Positions 21,263 to 31,226 of a stretch of 64,000 bases of DNA are shown in pieces. The stretch comes from Nitrospirota bacterium (GTDB taxonomy: Bacteria > Nitrospirota > UBA9217). Position 1 is the first letter of the stretch. Each line of letters begins with the position of its first letter. Both the position numbers and the translations under genes were made by a program. Under the pieces are notes generated by a model. The model saw only the letters and a list, made by a program, of their open reading frames with translations, was not told where the DNA came from and ran no database searches. Location of the stretch: NCBI GenBank assembly GCA_963751455.1, contig CAVVUN010000002.1:256001-320000 (forward strand). Reading direction: 5' to 3'.

Positions 21263-22684
21263 ATGAAAATCACGATCCTCCTGCTTTCGCTTTTAATCAT
21301 GATTCCCGTGGTTGCCGGGACGGAAACCGTTGTCCCGGACGCTGATCCGCGCTCCACGGCTGTCGCCGGCTCCGGCCGCGTGATAAACAGGGAAATGCTG
21401 GTCCAGGAGCCGGTGTTTAACGGAACTGTTTATGTGACCGAGGCAGGCAAAGAGCACGATACGAGTATTGTCCTCGTGCACGGCGCGGGCGACCGTGCGG
21501 CGAGGGACTGGGAAGCCGTGATCCCGGGGCTCGCTCAACGGTACCACGTTCTGGCCTTCGATCTTCCCGGTTACAGCCGCTCAAGCAAAAGCAATCTGCT
21601 CTATTCGCCTGCGCGGTATGCAGTGTTCATACAGTGGCTGGTCAACCGGTATGTCGGGCAAAAACCCTTTGTGCTGGCAGGTCATTCCATGGGCGGCGCG
21701 ATAGCGCTCCGGTATGCGGTTGACTATCCGGACCGTCTGCAGCGCCTCATCCTGGTGGATGCAGCCGGTATACTTCATCGTACAGCCTTCCTCAAAGGGA
21801 TGTATACGATGAAGGAACGGGAGGCGGGGGCGGGAATGCGGCTGCTGCTGAGGACCGATGAGTTTGATGACTTTGTCCGGTTCATCTTCGACGAGCTGTC
21901 TAATGACGAGCGGGCCGGGAAAATGGAACAAGCACTGCACAGCGCCCCTCTGCGTAAACTTATGCTTGGCGGCGATCCTAAAAAGATCTCCGGCTTGGCC
22001 ACTATACTGGAGGACTTCAGCGCAGGCGTTGAACAGCTCCGGGTCCCGACGCTGCTTATCTGGGGAGGAGACGACACTATCGCGCCGATACGAACAGCCA
22101 AGGCGCTTCTGGGTCGACTGCCGGAGGCCCGCCTGGAAACTATTGCCGGGTCGGGGCATGTGCCCATGATGGACAACCCGGAAGAATTCTTGAGAATAGT
22201 GAAGTCGGAGCTCGTTCCCGGACGCGCGCAAGACTCCGCAAAGCAGGTTACCGCGCCGCAGAAGTCTGAAACCCGAATTGTTCGCTTCAATCATCAGCGT
22301 GATCTTGTATTAACGGGAAGTTATAAGAAAATCGAATTGAATCACTGTACCGGGGTAAGGATCGCCAACGCGACCATCGATCAGATCGAGATTTCACACT
22401 CGGATGTTATTTTTGAAAATTGCCGCATTGCCGGCACTGCAATTGGGCTCCGTGCAGTGCGTTCTGAGATCATCGGCACGAATCTCGATATCGAGGCCGA
22501 AACGGCAATTCATGCTTCCCGCAGCCGTATTGATCTGGCAGGGTCCAGGCTCCGCGGAAAGAAGGCGGCTGTTGCGTCCGTCAACCGCTCACTGCTGATC
22601 TTTTCGATCAGCCATTCTGAAAGTCCTCATTATTCCGGCCCTATCCATGGGTCGAGAACAATAACCCGCAAATCGCCCTTGTAA
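21263..22684 (+). CDS. Exported alpha/beta hydrolase with C-terminal beta-helix-like domain
   Basis: Signal peptide, LVHG, GHSMGG nucleophile, WGGDD, GHVP. Confidence 0.85.
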   Translation: MKITILLLSLLIMIPVVAGTETVVPDADPRSTAVAGSGRVINREMLVQEPVFNGTVYVTEAGKEHDTSIVLVHGAGDRAARDWEAVIPGLAQRYHVLAFDLPGYSRSSKSNLLYSPARYAVFIQWLVNRYVGQKPFVLAGHSMGGAIALRYAVDYPDRLQRLILVDAAGILHRTAFLKGMYTMKEREAGAGMRLLLRTDEFDDFVRFIFDELSNDERAGKMEQALHSAPLRKLMLGGDPKKISGLATILEDFSAGVEQLRVPTLLIWGGDDTIAPIRTAKALLGRLPEARLETIAGSGHVPMMDNPEEFLRIVKSELVPGRAQDSAKQVTAPQKSETRIVRFNHQRDLVLTGSYKKIELNHCTGVRIANATIDQIEISHSDVIFENCRIAGTAIGLRAVRSEIIGTNLDIEAETAIHASRSRIDLAGSRLRGKKAAVASVNRSLLIFSISHSESPHYSGPIHGSRTITRKSPL

Positions 22685-22783
22685 GTTTAATTTTTGATCA
22701 AGTCGTAAGAAGCCTTGTCTCACACAAAGCCATGAAGCCGCAAAGTTAAAAATTGAATCTTACTTTTGGCTCATTTCAGAATA

Positions 22784-23294
22784 TCAGTCCGCCGTTCCGG
22801 TCAAATACTGATTTTCCGCAGGCCAGATATCCATTACCTGCCTCAGCAATGCGAATTCTCCGATATGATACGCGTTATGGTCCGCAGCAACCAGAATTTC
22901 CCTGAAGACGGTATAGTTTTTTGCGTGCGGGATAGGGCCGAAAAGGTCTGTCCCGGGGTCTTCGACTATGCGCTCCAGGGCCTTCAAATCGGCGCGAAAA
23001 GCGCTCACTGTTTTTTTCCACTGTCTCTCATCGGCCCGCTGGTCCGGGCGCGGCCGGTAACCTTGCAGGGTAGTCCGGCGACACATGGTTCGGGTTCCGA
23101 ATAAATTCCAGGATGTCCCACTGGGCGATCCTCATATGCTCCAGAAAATGCCACGGAGTATAAGGGACACGGGAAGCTTTCCTGTTGATGTATTCCATCG
23201 GAAAGCTGTCTATAGCCTCGATAAACTCCATATGCGCGTTCCCGCCTTCGAGAAGCGCGAGCAGTTCTTTCCGGACAACCTTGTCAGCGTTCAT
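22784..23294 (-). CDS. DinB-family protein (frameshift near 23080)
   Basis: AH, LEHMRIAQWDIL and DHNAYHIGE across two frames. Confidence 0.8.
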
Positions 23295-23337
23295 CGATTA
23301 TCCTTTTGAAGCCCCAGGGAGAGCTCTTATTCTTAAT

Positions 23338-23501
23338 CCTAAAAACGGCATTTGAACACGGATGAACACGGAAACAGCGGATCAAAACAATGTGATAGAG
23401 CAAAAAGCCATCTCGCCTTTTGGGTGAATCCATTACTGTTCGTAACTTCCTATAAATCCGTGTTGATCAGATTTTATCCGTGTCCAACTGCTTTTTTCAG
23501 G
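23338..23501 (-). mobile_element. 164-bp MITE copy 1, TSD TTAAT
   Basis: Reverse-complement copy of 28559-28722. Confidence 0.93.
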
Positions 23502-23628
23502 TTAATTGATGGACGACCGCCAACTTCGCTAGGACGTGGGACGAAACATCTTCCATCTCCGTGTCCTTCCAGTTTCGCTCGTCCATCGTCCCTCGTCCGT
23601 CTGGTTTTCATCCGCCGTCTCTCGCGTT

Positions 23629-24545
23629 TTACGCCGCATAAATCAGCGAGCTCTTCCATTCTTCTGCCAGTTCCTGTGCAAAGTTCTCAAAGGCTCGCGG
23701 CTGATGCCCGAGCAGCTTCAGTTGTTTTTCCAGGTCGCCTTTGCTTGCGACCATGCCGTGGTCCTGGAAAAATTTGTACATGATCCGGTTATCCCGGTAA
23801 AGCCATTCCGGCATCACATTTTTTACATGCTGCACCCAAACGTCGAGATCGTTTCCCGCATACCGGACATCACGGCCTACGTATTTGCTATAAACCCTGG
23901 CCATATCGTTGGCGGTGAGGAGGTCGGGACCATGGAGCGAATAAGTCTCTCCATCATGGCCGGGCTCTGTCAGCGCGTTTACGGCGCAGTCCGCAACATC
24001 ACGGGCATCGACCCTGTCTACTCCCATCGAACCGAGAGGCGTAGGATAAATTCCGTATGCCGTAATGATGCTTATTATCGACCGGTCGTTCTGGAAAAAT
24101 CGTTCGGTCTCAGAATGGTGTACGGAATGCCCGATTCCTTTATTGCATTCTCGACAGCGATCTTGCTTTTGAAATGTGGAATAATATCCGATCCCCTGGG
24201 CATATATACGGACATATAGACGATCTTATTTACACCGGCAGTTCTGGCAGCCTCGACCACGGTCAAGCCCTGGGCCGTCTCATTGGGGTCGACCACGGTC
24301 AAGCCCTGGGCCGTCTCATTGGGGTCGACCGGGATCGCGATGAAAACATTGTCAACGGCGCTGAACGCGGGTCCCAGTGTTTCGGGCTTGTCCAGGTCCG
24401 CGATCGCTACCTCGAAATTATCAGGCACGCTTCTTATTTTCTCCGGAGTGTGGGTCATGCAGCGCACGTTCACGCCTTTATCCCTCAATCCTTGAACGAC
24501 ATAGCTTCCTACCGTTCCGGTGCATCCGATTACGAGTGTTTTCAT
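23629..24545 (-). CDS. NmrA-like NAD(P)-binding protein (frameshift near 24075, internal 36-bp duplication)
   Basis: VIGCTGTVG, PHFKSK, YTILRPN, VDARDVA. Confidence 0.82.
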
Positions 24546-24817
24546 AGTACCTCCATCTCTTTAATAAAAAAATTATTGCACCGAAGACAAGGCATGTCAA
24601 ACTGACCTCTGGATTGCACAGGAAAAAAGTAAAACGTTTAGCCGTGAAAAGGAGCAAAAGGTCGTAAAAGAAACTCAAAGACTTATAACAGTCATAATGT
24701 GCGCCTTTTGTCCATTTTTTGCGGCAAATATATTTGTTGTATAGAGCGGTGTGAGGGCGGGCATAAAAGACATGTGGGCATGCGGGAGCAGCAGGACAAA
24801 ATCTTGTTATCTAATCG

Positions 24818-25427
24818 CTAAAGCAGCAACAGCGTCATCATGGCGATTGACCAGACAATATCCATGGGGACCTGTAAGGTGCATGTGGAATCGAGCAGCA
24901 GATCTGCGCGGGCGGGAAACTCCTCGTCTTCGAGCCACAACGTTACAATGACCGGGATCCGCGGCAGCGGATGCAGACGCAAGGCTGCGTCGCCTATCTT
25001 CTCGAACTCGCCGCTCAGCTGTTTCCCCTTGGCAATGAAGGCTTCCTTGTTCCTGCCGTATTTAGCGGCGACGGGATCGAGCGGCAGAACATGCGATCCC
25101 TTCGTGAAAATCTCCCCGCCTTTGATGCTCTGGAGCTTTACAAGCGTGCCCGTACAGGCTACGTCCTTGGCATTTACCAGGTACCACAGGACCGAAAGCC
25201 GGAAAAAATAGCCGAGTTTTTTCAGCAGCACCTCGCTTCCCGGCGCTGTGCTTGATATGGTTTTGTCCTTGACGGACACTGAAAATTGCATGCCGAAGGA
25301 CGTGACAGTGTAAATACCGGATGCGGAATCACACGAAACAGCCGCGGCCCTGCATACTTCTTCGGGATTCATGGTGGCGAGCGATCTCCCACGCCTTGTC
25401 TTCTCCGGGGTTTTTTTGTTCCACCAT
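24818..25427 (-). CDS. DUF3786-like protein (frameshift near start)
   Basis: LWYL, PLPRIPV, DEEFPARADLLLD. Confidence 0.72.
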
Positions 25428-25696
25428 AATTCTTCTTATTTTGCCGTTGATGACAACGGAGTTTGTATTTACCCGTTAGAGTTCAGTGGCGATTTATGTT
25501 TCATATTAGCAGTTTCTTTTCTGTTTATCAAAGTAAAATCATACTGATATCGAAGGAGGCTATTCCTTTCGGTCGGACTGCAGTCTAAAGCAAACATAAT
25601 AATTTGTGTTAAATCTCCCAGGCTCCTCTTTTACAAAGAGGGAATAAAATGATCTCCCCCCTTTGGAAAAAGGGGATTAAAGGGGATTTAAGCATT

Positions 25697-25828
25697 GATG
25701 ATCTCGTAAAAAGTCGTCTCCCCGGTGAAAACCGGGGTCCAGTGGTTATCGAACTTATTGAAAAGACTGATACCGGCGTTCGCCGGTATGACGAAATTGG
25801 GTGTTTTCTGACTTCTTACGAATGCATC
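25697..25828. mobile_element. GAT-ended MITE (132 bp), TSD AAGCATT
   Basis: GATGATCTCGTAAAAAGTC ... GACTTCTTACGAATGCATC inverted ends; near-identical copy at 27471. Confidence 0.87.
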
Positions 25829-26006
25829 AAGCATTAGCGATTCAACAAACAGGTAACAATTTAGTTTTGATAGTTGTACTTGTGATTTTTATTTAAAGAT
25901 GTTGCTGAAACAAAAGAGGAGAAAGAATGAGCAACAAGGGAAAGGAATTAGGGCTCTTGTGGCAACGCGGCGAGCGGGCTTTTTCTAAATTTAATGAAGG
26001 CCCTAC

Positions 26007-26363
26007 TCATTGTCGCTTCGGCCTGATAATTTTTTGCAGTTCCCGATATTGATACGGTTTCAGGATGAAAGCATCCGCTCCCGCCATAAGAAAATCGGTT
26101 GTCATGTCATCCGAGCTTACTCCGATAATAAGAGATACAGGGAACCGCCTGCGAAGTCGTTTTGTGACATCGATTCCGCTTATGTTCGGCATGCGATAAT
26201 CCGTAATGATTATATGGAAATGCTTTTCTGAGGCCGCTGCAAGCGCCGATACGCCGTCTTCACATCCGATCACTTCGAAACCGTCTGACTCCAATATGGA
26301 GCATAGTGATTCTCTGACCGCCGTAAAATCCTCAATAACTAGAACGCTTCTCTTATTCTCCAT
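26007..26363 (-). CDS. Single-domain response regulator
   Basis: VLVIED, ITDYRMP, FILKP. Confidence 0.9.
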   Translation of the reverse strand: MENKRSVLVIEDFTAVRESLCSILESDGFEVIGCEDGVSALAAASEKHFHIIITDYRMPNISGIDVTKRLRRRFPVSLIIGVSSDDMTTDFLMAGADAFILKPYQYRELQKIIRPKRQ

Positions 26364-26492
26364 GTTTTCTCCTGCGATTACCGGATCTCTAAAAAAGCGG
26401 TATGATTATGCTACTTAAAGTTGTTATTGTCAACAGATAAATGCAACTAGCGGTTGATAGACATTTGCAGCAATCTTTCCTAAAGTACAGGC

Positions 26493-26843
26493 ATGAAACA
26501 GCCAAGCAGGCGCATCGGCCAGATAATCAGGGAAGCCAGAAAAACGCGCGGGATGACCCAGATGAAGCTCTCGGAACTTATAGGAGTTTCCTACCAGCAG
26601 GTGCAGAAATACGAGAAGGGCAGCGACAACATCAGTGTGGAAAGGCTGAAACAGATAGCAAAGGCTCTCAACGCGCCGTTAACGCTTTTCTTCGCTTCGA
26701 CCGCTGAAACGGTTGCGGAAACCCGGGAACCATACGGGAAAATGCCGGAGGATGAAGCTTTGCTCCTGGAGCTGTACCGGCGCATAAAATCCAGAAAAGC
26801 AAAAAAGGCGATAATAGAGCTTCTGAAGACGTTTACTTCCTGA
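26493..26843 (+). CDS. XRE-family HTH regulator
   Basis: GMTQMKLSELIGVSYQQVQKYEKG. Confidence 0.92.
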   Translation: MKQPSRRIGQIIREARKTRGMTQMKLSELIGVSYQQVQKYEKGSDNISVERLKQIAKALNAPLTLFFASTAETVAETREPYGKMPEDEALLLELYRRIKSRKAKKAIIELLKTFTS

Positions 26844-26965
26844 CACATTCAAAACGAACGGCGACAAAAGACCCGACCTTCTTCCCGCCATCAGTTAAAT
26901 TCCACCCTTTAAGTGTATAAACTGTAATAACTTCTTGTTTTTAAAGAATAGTGATGCTATCCTAG

Positions 26966-27173
26966 TGTAGTGTCTCACAGACGACTGGTGTTATCATAGC
27001 GCGGCAGTAGGCCGCAGCCAAACTTGTAGGGCAAGGCTTTAGCCTTGCTGAAAGCGCCGGAACAGCAGCAACCCTAAAGGGTCGCCCTACAAATTCATCA
27101 GCAAATATTTATGCGAAGATAAGTTTTCGATGAGAAATCATCATATAACACCGTCCATTTAAGAGACACTACA
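26966..27173. mobile_element. MITE flanked by CTAG, carrying a GTAG-type REP doublet
   Basis: CTAG|TGTAGTGTCTC ... GAGACACTACA|CTAG; inside are GTAGGGCAAGGCTTTAGCCTTGC and GCAACCCTAAAGGGTCGCCCTAC. Confidence 0.78.
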
Positions 27174-27470
27174 CTAGCGATGTCAAACGACTTCCCGCGT
27201 AAAATGCTGTAAATTTGAACTTTTCAATTTTCAATGCCGCTCATGCGGATCACGGGGGTTGCTTAGTGGCTGATATTCAATCGTTCAGGAAAGACGTTCA
27301 GTCGTTAGTCACGTCTCACCAGATAAGACACAATGTGTTATTAATGGCGAATGGTTTGAATGCCGTTATTTCGACAAACAACCCCCGGGTGTTACCAATC
27401 TCCAGATATGTGAAGATCCGAATCATAGTGCTCCGCTTGCGTTGTTTTACAATATAGCCAAAGAAAAGAA

Positions 27471-27603
27471 GATGATCTCGTAAAAAGTCGTCTCCCCGGT
27501 GAAAACCGGGGTCCAGTGGTTATCGAACTTATTGAAAAGACTGGATACCGGCGTTCGCCGGTATGACGAAATTGGGTGTTTTCTGACTTCTTACGAATGC
27601 ATC
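27471..27603. mobile_element. GAT-ended MITE copy 2, TSD AAAGAA
   Basis: Same as 25697-25828 apart from one base. Confidence 0.87.
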
Positions 27604-27712
27604 AAAGAAGATTTGCCATCAAATTCCGAAACCCCAGAGGCATCTATTGCAGCACGGACGCACTGGTTCTCAAATGTCAGTTGGAGCAGATTGAAGCGGA
27701 GGAAAGAGAACA

Positions 27713-27928
27713 ATGAGGCTTGACGCCGGACAAATAGAGGTAGTGGACGATAAAGTCGCGGAAATAATCAAAACCAAGTCAGGCCCGGAACGGCTAAGTA
27801 TGGTTTGGGATGCATGGTCTTTTTTTGAGAAACGGATTACCGCCCATCTGAAAAGCCTGCATCCCGAATGGACGGGGGAGCAAATCCAAAAGGAAATTGT
27901 CAGGCGGGTGACTTATGGAACAGAGTGA
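27713..27928 (+). CDS. Small putative antitoxin
   Basis: 71 aa, HPEWTxEQI motif; overlaps the downstream nucleotidyltransferase gene. Confidence 0.7.
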   Translation: MRLDAGQIEVVDDKVAEIIKTKSGPERLSMVWDAWSFFEKRITAHLKSLHPEWTGEQIQKEIVRRVTYGTE

Positions 27929-28484
27929 ACTGATGCGATTGGTCGTTCATGCATTGGAAACACTGAAGATACCGTACATGATCACCGGTTCGCAGGCCTC
28001 CGCTTATTACGGTGAGCCTCGCTTTACAAGGGACATCGATATCGTAGCGGATATAAAGCCCGGGCAGGTCGAGCAGTTTGTCGCGTTTTTCCCCCAGAAT
28101 GAATATTATTGCGATAGGGACACGATCAACGAGGAAATAAAAACGCGAGGTCAATTTAATATTATTCATGCAGGTTCGGGCTTGAAAATTGACATTATCC
28201 TGACCAAAAAGACGGCATTTTCACAAGCGGAATTTCCCCGCAGGAGGAGAAGCGCCGTATTTCCTGATCAGCAGGGAGCGTTCGCCTCGCCTGAGGACGT
28301 GATCATCAAGAAGATGGAATTCTACAAGGAAGGCGGATCTGAAAAGCACCTCCGGGATATTACTGGAATTCTCAAAATCAGCGGTGATGAGGTGGACAGA
28401 CAATATATAGAAGGATGGGCACAACGCCTCGGGTTAACAGATGTATGGGAAGCGATCCTTAAAAGACTTGGTGAAAAGGAGTAG
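27915..28484 (+). CDS. Pol-beta-like nucleotidyltransferase (DUF6036-like)
   Basis: YMITGS, PRFTRDIDIV, SPEDVIIKK, KHLRD. Confidence 0.8.
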   Translation: MEQSELMRLVVHALETLKIPYMITGSQASAYYGEPRFTRDIDIVADIKPGQVEQFVAFFPQNEYYCDRDTINEEIKTRGQFNIIHAGSGLKIDIILTKKTAFSQAEFPRRRRSAVFPDQQGAFASPEDVIIKKMEFYKEGGSEKHLRDITGILKISGDEVDRQYIEGWAQRLGLTDVWEAILKRLGEKE

Positions 28485-28558
28485 TAATTTTCGCAGGATG
28501 CTGCAGGAATACCGTGCTCCCGTTGTTGGTTGTATTCTTACTTGATTTTCTGTATAAT

Positions 28559-28722
28559 CCTGAAAAAAGCAGTTGGACACGGATAAAATCTGATCAACAC
28601 GGATTTATAGGAAGTTACGAACAGTAATGGATTCACCCAAAAGGCGAGATGGCTTTTTGCTCTATCACATTGTTTTGATCCGCTGTTTCCGTGTTCATCC
28701 GTGTTCAAATGCCGTTTTTAGG
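28559..28722 (+). mobile_element. 164-bp MITE copy 2, TSD ATAAT
   Basis: CCTGAAAAAAGCAGTTGGACACGGAT ... ATCCGTGTTCAAATGCCGTTTTTAGG. Confidence 0.93.
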
Positions 28723-28761
28723 ATAATTCTGTACGCCTCATTTTCAAGTGAAAAATTTAAG

Positions 28762-29055
28762 ATGGATAAGAAAGATAATCACACGATAAAACAGAAATTC
28801 TCAGTGCGCCGGACAGCGCAGATAGTAATCATTTCAGGCGCGATTTTCCTGATGCTGCTTCTTACGGCAATCTACAGGCGTCCTGATCTTTTCGGTCAAT
28901 TCTCAAAGAAGAACCTTGTCTCAATGCAGATAGTGGTCATCCTCGCCTTTATCAATGTGACTGCTTTAAACTGGCGCTGCCCGTCCTGCGGAAAATACCT
29001 CGGCAACAATCTCTCACTGCATGTCTGTAAACACTGCGGGGCCAGGTTGAAATAG
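28762..29055 (+). CDS. Small two-TM protein with C-terminal zinc ribbon
   Basis: Two hydrophobic stretches, WRCPSC...CKHCG. Confidence 0.78.
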   Translation: MDKKDNHTIKQKFSVRRTAQIVIISGAIFLMLLLTAIYRRPDLFGQFSKKNLVSMQIVVILAFINVTALNWRCPSCGKYLGNNLSLHVCKHCGARLK

Positions 29056-29099
29056 TGTTCCGGCTCAAAGCACGCTGTATCTCTCATTTTTGGAGTCTT

Positions 29100-29234
29100 T
29101 CAATAACTTCGAAAAAAATCGAAATCCACCACGGAGAAACTGAGGCGCAAAGAAAAGATTTTAACAATTAGGGGCTATCCTCCGTGTTCTCCGTGGCTCT
29201 GTGGTTTAAAATCCGACTTTTTACGATTTGATCA
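29100..29234. repeat. Divergent GAT-type MITE with CACGGAG core
   Basis: CACCACGGAG.../CTCCGTGTTCTCCGTGGCTCTGTGG ... GACTTTTTACGATTTGATCAA. Confidence 0.6.
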
Positions 29235-29299
29235 ACAGTAACTTGTTGCAACACTATGCGTGATCGGTTACAATTGCGTGCCGGTAAGGATGGTGAACC

Positions 29300-29455
29300 A
29301 TGTCGGAACAGACGTTCAATATAATTCTCGCGGTTCTTTTTTTCGTAGTGCTCGGGATCGTCAAGAACCGTTTCGGCATGGGTTGAAGGACCCAGCCTGG
29401 TTCCTTCTGTAGAAGGGATGATGATCCGAAATCCGACGAGCACAAGAAACAGTAA
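29300..29455 (+). CDS. Candidate small membrane selenoprotein (in-frame TGA 29384-29386)
   Basis: MSEQTFNIILAVLFFVVLGIVKNRFGMG-U-RTQPGSFCRRDDDPKSDEHKKQ*; RBS-like AAGGATGG; SECIS-like hairpin after TGA. Confidence 0.5.
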
Positions 29456-29472
29456 CCCGGCCCGGAGGCTTC

Positions 29473-29901
29473 ATGATCGGCACAAAGCTTTACCAGAAGA
29501 AATCCCGCGCGTTATTTTTTATCGCGATGTACGGGGTCCTCGCGCTTATCGGCCTGGGATTCATTGTTTTCTCCGTCTTGCGCGACAAGAACCCCGCGAG
29601 TATGGAAGGCTTCACATTTATCTTCGGGGCCGGCATGGCCTTTCTGACGTGGTTAAAAAGCAGAAAAGCCAGCATCGCGGTGCACGAAGAATACCTTGAA
29701 TTGAACCAGCAGAGAAAGCCTCTCTTTGTAAAATATAAGAGCATCAGCAATGTCACCCGGACAAAAGACAACCGGCTGGTGATAGCCGTGAGGGAGGGGC
29801 ATGACATCAAGAACATGAGCATCTGGCTGAAGGACCTGGAGGACGCGGACGCAGACAAGCTTGTTGAATTTTGCCGGAAAAAGAAGTGGAAGAGCCAATA
29901 A
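29473..29901 (+). CDS. Membrane protein (2 TM plus PH-like soluble domain)
   Basis: GGAGG RBS; two hydrophobic helices. Confidence 0.75.
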   Translation: MIGTKLYQKKSRALFFIAMYGVLALIGLGFIVFSVLRDKNPASMEGFTFIFGAGMAFLTWLKSRKASIAVHEEYLELNQQRKPLFVKYKSISNVTRTKDNRLVIAVREGHDIKNMSIWLKDLEDADADKLVEFCRKKKWKSQ

Positions 29902-29978
29902 ACAAACATGGGGGAAGAGGGACGATATAGCCGCGGGAGGCAAAACAGGGTCCATCGAGCAGTCAAAAAAGGGGTCAA

Positions 29979-30548
29979 ATGAACATTATTGAAAAGATCA
30001 AGAGCGTTTTCGGGAAGGGACCGGTCCTGTCGCGTCAGCAGATCCAGCGGCTCAGCAGACTTCCCAAGAACCAGGCTCAAAAAGAAGTGGGTCTTACTCT
30101 GTTCGAGATATGTGTGTCCCGAGCCAAAGAGTTTGTAAGCGGGGAGCTCAAGCGGGGGGATTCACCGTTTCGCGGAGTGTCCGGAGCTGTTTTTTTCCAC
30201 GAGATGCTGGCCGTTACATTCTGGATACTGAATAAAGAAGCCGGCGGCGGAAAGACGCTTTTAGACGAACTCCATCAAAACTACTTCAAAGCCTTCAGCG
30301 CGCTCGATACGCCGCAAGACGAGCGAAATAACACGCTTGTAACAAAGTATGAACAATATGAAGACAACTGGAATGAAATTACGGGTCATCTTGATGAGTT
30401 CGGATTATGCGTAGTACAGAACATGTTCGGTAAAGACGAAAGCGTCAAGACCCGGGAACGAACCTTCTGGATTATTCAATATGCCGACCATGCCGCGAAT
30501 ACTTTCTGCTCCTTGAAAAAGTCATTGAAACAGGTCGGAGCGTTGTAA
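29979..30548 (+). CDS. Hypothetical protein
   Basis: 189-aa ORF with RBS. Confidence 0.72.
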   Translation: MNIIEKIKSVFGKGPVLSRQQIQRLSRLPKNQAQKEVGLTLFEICVSRAKEFVSGELKRGDSPFRGVSGAVFFHEMLAVTFWILNKEAGGGKTLLDELHQNYFKAFSALDTPQDERNNTLVTKYEQYEDNWNEITGHLDEFGLCVVQNMFGKDESVKTRERTFWIIQYADHAANTFCSLKKSLKQVGAL

Positions 30549-30680
30549 TCTGCGCTTCAATTCCTCAGTACCATTCCGCTATCTCGACTAATCGAAATCC
30601 CTGTCCCATGCGAAAAAGTGCAGTTTTAAAGCGCCCGTCATAGAGATGGGTGCGCCTTCTCTGGGTTAAACAAGCATGAT

Positions 30681-30844
30681 CCTGAAAAAAGCAGTTGGAC
30701 ACGGATAAAATCTGATCAACACGGATTTATAGGAAGTTACGAACAGTAATGGATTCACCCAAAAGGCGAGATGGCTTTTTGCTCTATCACATTGTTTTGA
30801 TCCGCTGTTTCCGTGTTCATCCGTGTTCAAATGCCGTTTTTAGG
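30681..30844 (+). mobile_element. 164-bp MITE copy 3, TSD ATGAT
   Basis: Identical to copy 2. Confidence 0.93.
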
Positions 30845-31172
30845 ATGATACAAAAAGTATCGTTAATCAACTACTGACTGTTTCTAATGGTTACAGTCAT
30901 TATATAGTATTGGAATTCCGTTACGACTGAAATTATATTTGTTACTAACTGTAATTTTGCAAATATATGAAATTACTTTATATTATCGAAACTTCTAAAT
31001 TAAGCATCTTCCCCTATTAATTCCACCTCGCCTAAGTTTAATAAAAAGTCTCATGGTTTCAAGTTCTTATTTTGTGTTACCGCCCCTAAAATCCTGGTTC
31101 CTGCCTCCGTGATTCTCTGCCAGTTCCTGGCCCGTGAACGGAATAAATATTAATTTTGCAGATTCTTTCTTT

Positions 31173-31188
31173 TGGTATTTTATTTGCT
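31173..31188 (+). promoter_or_regulatory. Putative sigma54 promoter, acetate cassette 1
   Basis: TGGTAT-TTTAT-TTGCT (GG-N10-GC). Confidence 0.5.
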
Positions 31189-31226
31189 TTGTCTTATGCG
31201 CTTGTCGGGACTTATAGCTTTCTTTT

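Noticed and set aside
23352-23783. Recurrent small ORFs starting MNTDEHG or MDSPKRR (also at 28627, 49443, 58573)
   Set aside because: They are readings through the 164-bp MITE
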